DNA of 34,208 nt from Octopus bimaculoides (taxonomy: Eukaryota). This document shows, one piece after another, positions 1-11,945 of the stretch. The position numbers and the translations under genes were made by a program. Positions within the stretch are counted from its first letter, which is position 1. The number at the start of each line of letters is the position of its first letter. The notes below the pieces were generated by a model. It saw only the letters and a program-made list of their open reading frames with translations. It had not been told where the DNA came from and searched no databases. The stretch lies in contig NC_068989.1 in assembly GCF_001194135.2 (NCBI RefSeq), positions 63,636,896-63,671,103 on the forward strand, given 5' to 3'.

Positions 1-450
1 GGTGATTAATTTTCTCGTTTCTATTATTTCTTTTGTTGTGTAAGACACAACAGTTTCACTTTGCTTCAAAGCTTCAGCAAAGTATTTGTTTTTGTTATTG
101 TTGTTATTGTTGTTGCTGGTGCTGGCACTGGTATTGGTGGCAGATGTGGTATTTGTGTCAGTGGTGTTGTGGCTTTTTCCTTCCTCTCTTTCGCTTCCTG
201 CTGGTGAAGAGAGCAAAGGTTGAGTTGAACTATTGCTGCTGCTGCTGTTGTTGTTGTTGTCGTTGTTGATGGTGGTGGTGGTAATGATGACGTCACCAGA
301 ATTGGTGCTGACGTCAGATTCTTTGGAGGCATTGTCTATGTTCTGTTTTGTAACCTTGGTTACAGTTTTGTTTCTGTTGTTGGTGGTGGTGTTAACACTT
401 GAATTTGTGTGTGTAATTTTTCTTTTCTTTTTCTCCATTCTCTCGTTTAA
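1..450 (-). CDS. Candidate coding exon, Asn/Thr/Ser-rich low-complexity protein, truncated by window edge
   Basis: Minus-strand frame stop-free for 150 codons: LNERMEKKKRKITHTNSSVNTTTNNRNKTVTKVTKQNIDNASKESDVSTNSGDVIITTTTINNDNNNNSSSSNSSTQPLLSSPAGSEREEGKSHNTTDTNTTSATNTSASTSNNNNNNNKNKYFAEALKQSETVVSYTTKEIIETRKLIT. Preceded by acceptor tcttccttcctcacAG (466-451), phase 0; first ATG at 438. The other two minus frames contain stops. Absent from the ORF track, presumably because it has no stop in the window. Confidence 0.6.
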
Positions 451-466
451 CTGTGAGGAAGGAAGA

Positions 467-765
467 CTAGGAAATTATTTTTCGAACGAAACACTGCAAA
501 ATGCAGCGTTCGTGTCACAAAGGTTTTCATGGCTACAAGACGCCATCGTCTCAAAAAAAAAATGGCTAGAAAGCCGAAATTGGTTTTTATATCCTGGAAA
601 TGTGCCACACAGGGCAGATTTCCGTCTCAAAAAACTTGCACCAGAGAGTCTGCAAGTTGTTATACAACTTTGTATATAAAATAAACTTTACAAACAAACT
701 TTTTAAAACATGAAAAAAGGCAAAACTTACGGAGCCGACACGTCTACCGTCCGTCCATAGAGATA
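467..765 (-). mobile_element. Short non-autonomous Helitron-like element
   Basis: On the minus strand it begins A|TCTCTATATGG (765) and ends CCTAG|T (470-467). A hairpin (cgaaacactgca-aaa-tgcagcgttcg, 487-512) lies about 16 nt before the CTAG. A|T insertion, 5' TC, subterminal hairpin and 3' CTRR are Helitron hallmarks. Confidence 0.5.
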
Positions 766-817
766 GATAGATAGATAGATAGATAGATGTGTGTGTATGT
801 ATATGTATATATATGTG

Positions 818-849
<32 letters not shown>

Positions 850-941
850 CATATATATATGTATGTATGTATGTGTATATACATATGGATATAAGTACAT
901 ATATATGTATGTTACCATATGTATATATCTATCTCCCACCC

Positions 942-1022
<81 letters not shown>
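766..1022. repeat. Compound microsatellite (GATA)n/(TA,TG)n/(CT)n/(TA)n
   Basis: Directly visible tandem di- and tetranucleotide tracts. Confidence 0.95.
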
Positions 1023-1023
<1 letters not shown>

Positions 1024-1503
1024 GCACATAAATTTATACCGCAAAAATATATAAAAAATACTCGTCTTAGTAATTTTTTTTCATTACTCCAGCAACTAAG
1101 AGGAATAAAGCCACACGTATACACACACCAATAAAGTGTGTATATATGGTGTTATCAATAGAATGTTTCCGTTGCCAGGTTCATAGAAGGTATTTGCAAA
1201 ACTCATAAATGCTTCGAGCTTCCTCAAAAGTTGAGTCCATAAGTAAAAGTTAGGCGATTGGTTCTTTCATTGGCATGTGGCGACCGCCTTGAATCTCCGG
1301 CTACAAAAGCTCTTGTCGTTGATATTCACCCCAGTAAAAATTCCGATGTCGCAGCTTTTCTTTATCGAATACTTTTTATCGAACATGTATGTTACGGTGT
1401 ATACAACAATGACACAAAATATAAACATCATCGGCTTTTCAGGTGATGTAAGCATAAATGCTGTCAATAACACAAACACACACATAGGTATACATGCACT
1501 CAC

Positions 1504-1536
<33 letters not shown>

Positions 1537-1639
1537 TGCATACATACATGCATACGTGCACACATACATACATACATATATACATACACACATACGTCAT
1601 ACAATATAACATCAATTGACTGGCTCTTGCAAACATTAC

Positions 1640-1720
1640 TTTTATCAAATTTCACTCACAAAGTACAAGTCAACCCCAGGCTATTGTAGTAGTTATATCA
1701 CGAAGATGCTGCAATAATGT
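1640..1720 (-). mobile_element. Decayed fragment of SINE family A
   Basis: atcaaatttcactcacaaagtacaagtcaaccccaggctattgtagtag resembles the reverse complement of the family-A body at 15950-16000. Confidence 0.5.
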
Positions 1721-2063
1721 AATATAGAAAACGTTATATCAGAGAAATCTCCTAGTTTCTCCATGGTCTCCAGACGACATATTGTGCGCCCTCTGGACTA
1801 CTATGGATGCTCGATCTAACAAAAATTGTAAAACAAGTGAAGTCAATATAATACGCTGAGGGGAAAAAGCAATTGATATCGACCTTTCGGACACTAGGTA
1901 GATAAAGAACTAAAAATGACATAGCGGTGTGTGCTAACAATAATATGTCGTAAATAATGGTGGTGCGGAAGTCGGCAAAGGTATGCTTTTCCTGGAGGGA
2001 AGTGTTTTGAGTGGTGAACCAACGTTGTTCATTCGTGTGATGACAAAATTAGGTATATGAATG

Positions 2064-2490
2064 TGCGTGTGTGTGTGTGTGTGTGTGTAAACGTGTATGG
2101 GTGAGAGAGTGTGCGTATGAGTGAGGGAGTGTGTGGTGCGTATATGTGTATGTCTCCGTGTAGTGTTGTGTGTGTGTGTGTAAAGACGTGTGCGGTGAAT
2201 ATGTGTGTGTCCGCGTGATGTGTATATGTGTGTGTCCGTGTAGTGTGTGCGCGGATGAAGGAACGTGTGGTGCGTATGTCTGTGTGTCCGTTTAATGTGT
2301 GTGAGCGTGTGTGTGTGTGAGCGCGACAAGCAGTGTCTGGTTCGTATATGTGCTTGTGTTTGAAGGATTGTGCTGTGCGTATATGTATGTGCCCGTGTAG
2401 TGTGCGTGTGTGTATCTGTGACAAGAAGTGCACGATGCGTATATGTGTGTTTGTGTGAGTGAGAGACAGAGAATGAGAGAGAGAAAGTGA
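2064..2490. repeat. Cryptic GT-based degenerate minisatellite
   Basis: (GT)n backbone with a recurring unit resembling gtgcgtatatgtgtgtgtccgtgtagtg near 2137, 2215, 2271 and 2376. It generates the His/Thr-rich spurious ORFs. Confidence 0.8.
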
Positions 2491-3716
2491 GTAAGTGATT
2501 GCGTGGAGGAATTACATTGACATACGAGAAAGTATGCACGAATGGATAATGTGCAAGAGTGGACAAGTAGGTGAAAATATATTTTGACGTGAACAAATCC
2601 ATGTATGCTAAAGAGACGAGGAGTAACTACGCATGAGGAAGTAGAGGAAGTAGAGGTAGTAGATGAAGTAGAGTAAGGCTAATTGATTAATTACGGCGCC
2701 ATTTGAGGTTTCTTCTAGATAGAAGATTAAGTGTCATCCGAAAAATTACGTGTAGCAATAATGTAGTAATGTTGTAGACTGGTAGTGGCTTGGAGAATGC
2801 AAGTGGTGGGAACGGACTACAGTGACACTTGCTTTTTTTACTGGACAATCAAATAGTGCTCTCTTAATTGATCTAACTTTCAATTACTTCCATATTTATA
2901 TAGTAATCCTCAGAGTCAAAATATATTAAAATATATTATGTTAATATAGGAGCAGGATAAAGTGACTGTGACATGCGGAAATAACCTCAAACATGCAACG
3001 TGATGTTGTCGACTAATGGAAAAAGTAATTATTCGTATGGGGCTGAGAACAGCAAATTATGCAGTCGGGCGGACCAAGAGGTTAATGAAATATGGGTCAA
3101 AATAACGCGCAAGCTTGGATTGTGTCTGAGAGAGAGAGATGGATTGGTAGAAAGTTGAAAAAAAAAACGCAACTGCATTGGATTGGAGAAAATGGATGTT
3201 GCACAGGACAACTATATTCGCTAGAATGAAACATAAAACGGAAGTGAAGATGTTTGGTGTTAGAGTAAGTAGTAAGAGAGCAGAAATAGGGTCTATATCT
3301 AGAGGACAAAGGCAAGTAGCGTTGTCAATCGGTAAGAATAACGGTTGCTGGAAAAATGTGGATCATTTTGGTGAGGATTAATCTCTAAAATCAGAGGAGT
3401 CTCGGTTACAGAGGCGGTGGCGACGAGGAATTAAAACAGTATAGATTTGATTTTAGTGTGAGTGCTTTGATAGAAATTTAGCTATATTGTAAAATAAAGA
3501 GTTGAACAGCTTCAAGGTGATCAATACAAATGTCGATGGCTCAGGATAAGACGGATGAGAAAAAGGAAGAAATAAAGGTTAAATAGCAGTTACGTCTAAG
3601 GACGTGTTCGGCAAGATTTAGACCTGTTGACAAGCTAATGTTCATTTTCATATACGTGCTATGTTCCTTTTATTCAAATTGATATACTGCTCCTTATATA
3701 TAGGAAATATAAATAT

Positions 3717-3808
3717 AACACTACGGTTTGTGGTAATAACAGTTTAACACTACGGTTTGTGGAAATTTGTGTTATTACCTGAAACATTACGGTTCGTGGT
3801 AATAACAG
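3717..3808. repeat. Three short direct repeats with an embedded inverted 9-mer
   Basis: aacactacggtttgtgg(taataacag) at 3717, 3746 and 3783; gttattacc (3771-3779) is the reverse complement of ggtaataac. Confidence 0.85.
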
Positions 3809-3833
3809 ACTCCTAGCTTGTAATCCGTAAGTT

Positions 3834-4209
3834 TTAAAGTTCTTCAGTGCTGTCACAGACATCTAGAGACTTTTTTATTATCGGTGGGCGGGGTATATAT
3901 TCATTGAAAGATTGTGAGAGCCTGTAGTTGCTGGTGATGTTGGTTGCAGAAACTGATGTGGTTGGATGTCCAGGATACAGTTCTTTGAGCTCCAGCCAGA
4001 CTGCGGAGCCAAAATGTCCGGCAACTATAGGCTGGCATATTTTCTGAACGAATAGTGCGACAGTTACCATCACTATACGACAACAGGGATTGGCAAAATA
4101 GCAGTATTACTGCTAATATGAAATATGACATGAATGTAACACGAAATAAGAAATCACCTGTATTGTAAACATAGCTGGATGTACGGAATTTCACTTTCCA
4201 GTGATGATA
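3834..4209 (-). other. Coding-like island with strong acceptor and signal-peptide-like stretch; exon structure unresolved
   Basis: Acceptor gtttcaattttttaactcAG (AG at 4211-4210). Frame 4209-3901 is open and includes MSYFILAVILLFCQSLLSYSDG from ATG 4131; a second frame is open from about 4100 to 3834. Donor-like sites after 4158 (CAG|GTGATT) and 4068 (ATG|GTAACT). No recognisable domain. Confidence 0.3.
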
Positions 4210-4462
4210 CTGAGTTAAAAAATTGAAACATACAACGATGTACGCGGTAAAATCATATTTATTTAAACATTAATATTCACACTTCTTATTGAATTATATT
4301 TGTATATCGTGGCATGTATATTAGATTATGTTACTTTCGTAGAGCTTTAGTTTTTGAATGCCGGGCACATGAAAAATATAACGAGACATGTACGTATATG
4401 TGGGTGTGTTATTTTTTATGTATGCATATGTAGATATGCATGTGTGTATTTGTATATTTGTT

Positions 4463-4508
<46 letters not shown>

Positions 4509-5834
4509 AACATATATGCATATGCATTTATACATGGAAATATACACACGCGCGCGCGCTCACACACACACGCGCACATACGCACACACGCACACAGACA
4601 CACTTATGTATCGTACATTGATTTATAGAAAAGGAGAGGCAATTTTTTTGACAAGTTGACGACCCCTTGTGCTTTATATCCTATCACTTGACGCGTCCCA
4701 CTTTTTGTCTTCGGGAGCGACTAATTCTTTGTGAGTGTGTGTGTGTGTTTTTGTGTGTGTGTGTGTCTGTATGTCTGTCTGGCTGTGTTTGCATATGCGT
4801 GTCTGAGTGTGCGTGTGTGTATGTGTTCTCTTGGAATAGATTTACAATTTCGAGTGTTTTTTTACCTAATTTTTTCGCTAACTTGAAAGAAATATTGGAT
4901 AGCATCGAAAAATTGATTTGTTGGTTAACATTTTATGACAATCTATAATTCATGAAGTTTTATGAAATTGAAACATTGATAGAAGCATATATGGCCGTTG
5001 TTATAGAAGAAGAGAGGCAGCGACATATTTTGTCAACCAACAGTTTTCATTGAAGTCTTCTCCCTTTGCTCATGCTATAAATACGCTAGGTAGAATAAGT
5101 AACTAACAATTTCTACGTTAAAAGTTTTATATTTTTATGTTTCATTCTACTCCCTCAATATGACGAATTTTGACACAGATGAAAAAGTAAATTGTATTTG
5201 TCTCTAATAATGATGGCCAGTGCATAAATAGATTTATATTGATTTCTAACGTAGCCACATGGCCGAGATTTTGATGAGCGATACGATACTATTGGGAATA
5301 TGCTGATATGAGTCTATTTTTCCATTTTCCTGTGTTCTACACCATGTTTATATCACTGTTGTTCATTGTCAGAGTAAAGTGTGGTGTGAGATAGAACGCT
5401 ATTTGAAGTAAGACGAGCAACGAGTTTATAGCTCTGTCATTATATGTCCTATACATATGTAGATGACATAAAAAGAGACCAGTAGTTTGAAGACAGAATT
5501 TTTGAATATTCACTATTTAGTAGAAGAATTTAATTGCATCCTGTTGACCCACTTAATCAGAGGTTCTCCTGAACTTTGGAGGTCTTTATTTATCAAGGCA
5601 AAACAAAGATGTATTCTTGATGATTTCATTCAGGAGGAAAAGAGGCTTTGACGTTTGTATGACCTTTCATATCGATGAGATTCGTGCAACGCATGTTCAT
5701 CTTGAGCAAGGGGAACGATGTTCAGTGGTGGAAGAAATGAAAATTAGGTGGATGCCACAAGATGGAAATACTGGATCTGATGAAAAATGGAAAAACGAGT
5801 GTCACAAGGAAATGAAGGAAAGTGTAAACCTACA

Positions 5835-5867
5835 ACACACACACACAGACACACACACACACGCACG

Positions 5868-5955
<88 letters not shown>
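5835..5955. repeat. (CA)n(TA)n microsatellite
   Basis: Direct observation; the mariner element begins at its last TA. Confidence 0.95.
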
Positions 5956-5956
<1 letters not shown>

Positions 5957-6800
5957 GAGGTGGTATCAAAAGATTCCTGGACTAGTTATGTTTCATAAAA
6001 AAAAACTTATTTACTTAAGTTTCAACATCATCTCCTTCGAAATAGTCACCTTGCGCAGTAATACACCGATTCCAGCGTTTCTGCCACTTTTGGAATCCAA
6101 CTTGGAAGTCGTTCTCCGTAAGCGAGTCAAAGACCTTCTATGATTCGCTCTTGATCTCGACACGGTTGTTAAAACGGCAACCATTGAGCTGCATTTTCAT
6201 CTTGCGTAAGAGATGGAAGTCCGCAGGTGCTAAATCTGGTGAATAAGGTGGGTGTAGAAGCGATACTAGTTTGTTTGTGGTTTGTGCTCCACAGATCCGG
6301 TCACTTTTTCCGTATGTCTTCCCTCAAGTTCTGCACAACTTCACAGTAGAACCTTCCATTAACAGTCTGACACTCGGGGTCAAATTCTCGATGCATAATA
6401 CATTTCCGGGGTGTCGCTTATGGCAGGTCATCCAAATTGTTCATCGTACACCAGAGACGTTCTTCTGCTTTTGAAGCGCCTGTGACACTTGACACATTGC
6501 GTACGACCCCTTGTCGACCCTCGTCTTTGTAAGGTTGCCGAAGCATGGTCGATGTCTCTGTAGCACACTTTCCAAATTTTAACGTAAAATTTCACATTGG
6601 CTCTTTGTTCCTGTCCATGACGAAATTACATACTACAGCATACACGTGATCACAAAAACATAAATTTCTCCACTTGCGGTGAAGTAACCACAACAATGTC
6701 ACTCGGCACAGTGCCTCATCAAGGTCACTCCAAGCTGTCACTGTGCACTCTAATCTGTTGGCGCGCTACAGAGCTAGACCGGGAACCTGATATCTGTTCG
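5956..6800 (-). mobile_element. Internally deleted mariner element with degenerate TIRs and TA flanks
   Basis: Minus strand encodes LLHPPYSPDLAPADFHL...MKMQLNGCRFN...QKWQKRWNRCITAQGDYFEGDDVET*, plus remnants SRTQC..CHRRFKS and HREFDPECQTVNGRFYCEV. Left end TA|CGAGGTGGTATCAAAAGATTCCTGGACTAG; right end CTAGACCGGGAACCTGATATCTGTTCG|TA. Confidence 0.9.
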
Positions 6801-6821
6801 TATATACTTATATGCTTATAC

Positions 6822-7005
6822 TTCTTTCAGTCATTGGGTTGGGGCTATGCTGGGGTAGAGCCTTAACGGTAATAACAAGACAATTCGGGCTCACTATCAT
6901 ATCTTGTGCCTGTTTATGATTCCATCATTAATTATTCTATCATTTAACCGAATAGCTAAGTCTCGGCGACATGAGAATATCACCATCGGCTAACCAAGTG
7001 ATAGG
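6822..7005 (-). mobile_element. 3' portion of SINE family A
   Basis: aaccgaatagctaagtctcggcgacatgagaatatcaccatcggct resembles the reverse complement of 16100-16150. Confidence 0.6.
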
Positions 7006-7120
7006 ATTGAAGCACAAATGCAAAATCGCTCGCACACTCATACACGCATTCACACATTCACTCACACACACACACACACACACATACATTATACATATGT
7101 AAATATGTATCAACAGCTTG

Positions 7121-7175
<55 letters not shown>

Positions 7176-7581
7176 CAAGGAGAACAGGGACTTATATAAC
7201 CAGTTTTTTTCTGCAGTTAATCACGTCTTTCCATTTCTGTATCTACGTGTGTTTCTGCTGCAACTCATTGCACACTGCAAAATTTGGCATCTTGGTGTAA
7301 ATTTTAATATTAATTGCTTCCATCTTAAGTAAATACATGTCCAACCAACATATTTCATGCACGTGGTGTTAGTATTCCAAAATTAGCCTAAATTCTGACC
7401 TTTTCAACTCTGCTGGTTAGAAAAACAAATGACTTGCTGTCCAAAAATTGGTCAGCAGTCAACAAATGTATTTTATCCTTCCAGTGGTGAGTGATAATAT
7501 TCTTATTCTGTATCAAAATAATTCTTATTCTGTATCTTTAAAATATGCTGATGATATTATTGTTACTATTATCATCACAAT

Positions 7582-7695
<114 letters not shown>

Positions 7696-7985
7696 TATTA
7701 CTATAAATGTTAATAAGGAGCTATTAGTCTATTATTAAATTTGCTAATTCTATAATTAAATTAAATTTATGTATATCGTTAATTTTATTCCTATCGTTCT
7801 TTAAAGTTTAGAATTAATTTTATTTATGTAGGAGTTTATATTTGATTAGCTTCTTTACTTGCTATTAGTTATTTGATTTCTATTCTAATTTTAATATTAT
7901 GTGTCATACAATTACTTAAATCCATTAAACGTGTGTTTAGACGGATGAACACATTGTATTGCGCTCTCAAGTCTATGATTTATTA

Positions 7986-8202
7986 CAGTAATCCCTCGCC
8001 GTATCGCGGTTCCCCTAACATAGTTTACTATTTAAGCTTACGTCCATTCCTCCGTTGTGTTGTTTTGCATTTATAATAAAATAAATATATAAAAATTATA
8101 AAAAATAATATAAAAATTATACAGCACTGTTTCTACTCCGCACATGTTCACCTGTCGTGTGTGTTTTGGAATGTAACACCCGCGATAGTAGAGGGATTAC
8201 TG
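7986..8202. mobile_element. Tigger/pogo-like MITE, 217 bp
   Basis: TIRs CAGTAATCCCTCGCCGTATCGCGG and CCGCGATAGTAGAGGGATTACTG; TA on both sides (7984-7985, 8203-8204); AT-rich non-coding interior. Confidence 0.85.
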
Positions 8203-9195
8203 TAATTTATATTTTGACGTAAGAATTTCTTCAACACACATTTCGCACCGTCTTCTTCCATTATATGGTTTGGTTCTACTGATTATTTCCCAGGTAACTT
8301 CATATCCCTAATTATTATCTTTTATGGACCAAATTAATTCGCTTAAGTTTGTATTATTCCTCTTTTTGTTGTCTCTAAATGACTTTTCGTGATAAGCAGT
8401 TTTTCTTTTTATATATGTTTCACAAGCGCCGATAGTTTATATAACTGACCTCCTAAGATTACCTTACACCTGTATATACAGTTTCCTTAATTTTGCAGTT
8501 AGATTCAAGGAGACATAATATATTGGTTGCGCAATCACATTTTTTTATCTCTAGCTCTACTTTTTTATATCTTATGATAACTCATATTGCTAAGTTTACT
8601 CCGTTTATCTCCTAATTTACATTCCCTTTTTGAATTTTTATTAATTTGAGTATCACTTCCCAATATATTATTTGAGTTATTATTCACAACATTTATATAT
8701 ATATACAGGTAGTGTGCCTACAGAGCACGTTCACCACTTACGGCTACCAGGTTTCATCCACGGTACCGTGCATTCGTGGCTGTATCTACATAAGAAATTC
8801 TTAGGTGCACGCACGTTGGGTATATTTTAAATGATTGATACGGAAGACGGAGTGCAACTAGATGCTTTGTTTAGCACAATCATCGTTTCGACTGCATTAT
8901 ATATATATATATATATNNNNNNNNNNNNNNNNNNNNNNNNNNNNNNNNNNNNNNNNNNNNNNNNNNNNNNNNNNNNNNNNNNNNNNNNNNNNNNNNNNNN
9001 NNNNNNNNNNNNNNNNNNNNNNNNNNNNNNNNNNNNNNNNNNNNNNNNNNNNNNNNNNNNNNNNNNNNNNNNNNNNNNNNNNNNNNNNNNNNNNNNNNNN
9101 NNNNNNNNNNNNNNNNNNNNNNNNNNNNNNNNNNNNNNNNNNNNNNNNNNNNNNNNNNNNNNNNNNNNNNNNNNNNNNNNNNNNNNNNNNNNNNN

Positions 9196-9242
<47 letters not shown>

Positions 9243-9350
9243 ATGTATGTATGTATGTATGTATTCTTCTATTCTTTAATATGCTGGGCACCGCATCTAG
9301 ATAGATAGATAAATACGTAGACAGATAAATAGACAAACTGACAGACAAAT

Positions 9351-9408
<58 letters not shown>

Positions 9409-9470
9409 GGACAGATAGATAAATAGATACATACATACAAATACATACATACATACATATATAGAGAGAT
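9196..9470. repeat. (TG)n/(TATG)n/(GATA)n compound microsatellite
   Basis: Direct observation. Confidence 0.95.
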
Positions 9471-9851
9471 AGATATACATGCTCCTCTGATTTTGCGTAT
9501 ATACACACATGTGCGTCTGTATGTTCGTATATACACACAGCCGCGCAAACACTCGCACATGTACACATCATACATAGATTACATGTATGTATTTGCTTAT
9601 GTATTGTCTTTCTCTCCGTGTTGGTGGAAATATTTTCAGTAATGTAAATACCGTGTTAAACAAAAATTCAGAAATATTTATATATAATTTCCTTTATCTG
9701 AAAGTTGCAAACTAAATCCGAATGCTTGGGTTCATTTTCCGAGACATTAAATTTTACAATGCTTATCAAGTGATACATTTCCTCATGGATAAATATTTTG
9801 TTTTATACATTTTTCGAGAAGCAAACAAGCTCACGCACATACACACACACA

Positions 9852-9895
<44 letters not shown>

Positions 9896-10344
9896 GAACA
9901 CATATATTGGCTTGTTCTGGCAGATAAATATTTATAAACAAACACTTGTAACTTTTGTGACCTCACAATGCACTAGACCAATAATAATGTGACACGTATT
10001 TCTGTCTGTCTCGTGGAACAATGACAAATAATACATCATTGTCTCCCTCTTAAGTTCAGGTGTCGTTGAATATTGTATTTTGACAGTAAAGTATATATGT
10101 GCACCATCGAACAGGAATTTATATTTTCTTTTATTTTCTTGTTGTTAATTATGTCAGATAAGTCATTTGGTTTCGAAATAGAAGTTGAGAAGCGTACATT
10201 TTCTTAGAAGCATGAAATAAACACATAATAGATTAAATTATATAGCTACGTACATAGTTTCATACATATAGGTATAAATGCACACACCTACTTATTCATA
10301 CATGAGTATAGTTCATTCATTTAGTAATAGGTACAAGGTCTGTA

Positions 10345-10489
10345 ATTCCCAAAACAAGACTAGTCGATTACATCGACCCTAAAATTATGAAAAGCAAAGC
10401 CGACATCGGTGGACTTTAAACTTAGAGAGTACAGAGAGACCACTAAGCATTTTGTGCGGCGTGCTTACGATTCTGCCAGCTCGCTGCCC
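10345..10489 (-). mobile_element. tRNA-type SINE family B, degenerate
   Basis: gtcgattacatcgaccc...ccactaagcattt...acgattctgccagctcgctgccc aligns with the 14095-14301 copy. Confidence 0.75.
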
Positions 10490-11100
10490 GATACATAATT
10501 GTTATATATNNNNNNNNNNNNNNNNNNNNNNNNNNNNNNNNNNNNNNNNNNNNNNNNNNNNNNNNNNNNNNNNNNNNNNNNNNNNNNNNNNNNNNNNNNN
10601 NNNNNNNNNNNNNNNNNNNNNNNNNNNNNNNNNNNNNNNNNNNNNNNNNNNNNNNNNNNNNNNNNNNNNNNNNNNNNNNNNNNNNNNNNNNNNNNNNNNN
10701 NNNNNNNNNNNNNNNNNNNNNNNNNNNNNNNNNNNNNNNNNNNNNNNNNNNNNNNNNNNNNNNNNNNNNNNNNNNNNNNNNNNNNNNNNNNNNNNNNNNN
10801 NNNNNNNNNNNNNNNNNNNNNNNNNNNNNNNNNNNNNNNNNNNNNNNNNNNNNNNNNNNNNNNNNNNNNNNNNNNNNNNNNNNNNNNNNNNNNNNNNNNN
10901 NNNNNNNNNNNNNNNNNNNNNNNNNNNNNNNNNNNNNNNNNNNNNNNNNNNNNNNNNNNNNNNNNNNNNNNNNNNNNNNNNNNNNNNNNNNNNNNNNNNN
11001 NNNNNNNNNNNNNNNNNNNNNNNNNNNNNNNNNNNNNNNNNNNNNNNNNNNNNNNNNNNNNNNNNNNNNNNNNNNNNNATATATATATATATATATATAT

Positions 11101-11945
11101 ATAGGGATAGTATTATTAAAATGCCATCACGAGTGGCAAGCGAATTATCAGCTTTACAGGAAAATGAATAAGATATATACATACGATATTAGATATGTAC
11201 ATATATACACAAGGGCACTACATGAGTACCTACGTCGTTAAGAAAATAGAAGTCAAAACTACTTCTGTACCATCGAATAGTCACGAATCTATTACAGACA
11301 TGATAGGAAAAAATATCAAGTGAACAATAATAACGTCTTATCTCTACTGAGTCAGAACAATACATGCTGATCAACTTGGTACCGGTTACGAAATTTAGCG
11401 CTAAATAGGTGCCTGATTTCTCATCAGCCAAAATCTGCCAGCTAATTGCTACTTAAATTCTCCCCTACTGTTTGACTCCTATGTTAGCGATGTAGGTGCT
11501 CATGTAGTGCCCTTGTGTATATATGTACATATCTAATATTGTATGTATATATTTTATTCATTCTCCTGTACGGCTGATAATTCGCTTGCCACTCGTGATG
11601 GTATTTTAAAAATACCATTTCTATATTTATTTATAAATAATTTTACACATTTCGTTTGTTCCTATAGTGCTTGGTCACTTCAAAGGAACTTTTGCAGTCA
11701 TGGTAGGGAAACATTTTAGTAGCAATTAGCTGGCAGACTCTGGCTCATGAGAAATCAGGCACCTATTTGGCGCTAAATTTCGAAACCGGTACCAAGTTGA
11801 CCAGCATGTATTTGTTCTGACCCAGCAGAGATAAGACGCTATTATTGTTCACTGATATTTTTCCTGTCATGTCTGTAATAGATTTGTGACTATTCAGTGG
11901 CAAAAAGTATTTTTTTACTTCTATTTTCGCGATGTAGGTGCTCAT
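11101..11945. repeat. Interleaved inverted repeats A-B-A'-x-B'
   Basis: A 11101-11240 is the reverse complement of 11484-11624 (about 13-14 mismatches in 140 nt by eye). B 11222-11468 is the reverse complement of 11703-11945. Confidence 0.92.

Noticed and set aside
233-679. 148-aa hydrophobic plus-strand ORF
   Set aside because: It is the antisense shadow of the AAC/ACC-rich minus exon, running into a Helitron-like element.
1755-1810. tctccagac...ccctctggactactatg resembling SPD..PLDYY of a Tc1/mariner transposase
   Set aside because: Short, frameshifted match with no flanking support.
727-2602. YIYI, HTHT and CVCV ORFs here and throughout the window
   Set aside because: Translations of dinucleotide microsatellites, which are stop-free by construction.
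2690-2706. cggcgccatttg, a YY1-like motif suggesting a promoter
   Set aside because: Single short motif with no other evidence of a transcription start.
3717-3808. CRISPR-like repeat-spacer pattern
   Set aside because: Only three irregular units with 3-20 nt spacers, eukaryotic context and no cas genes.
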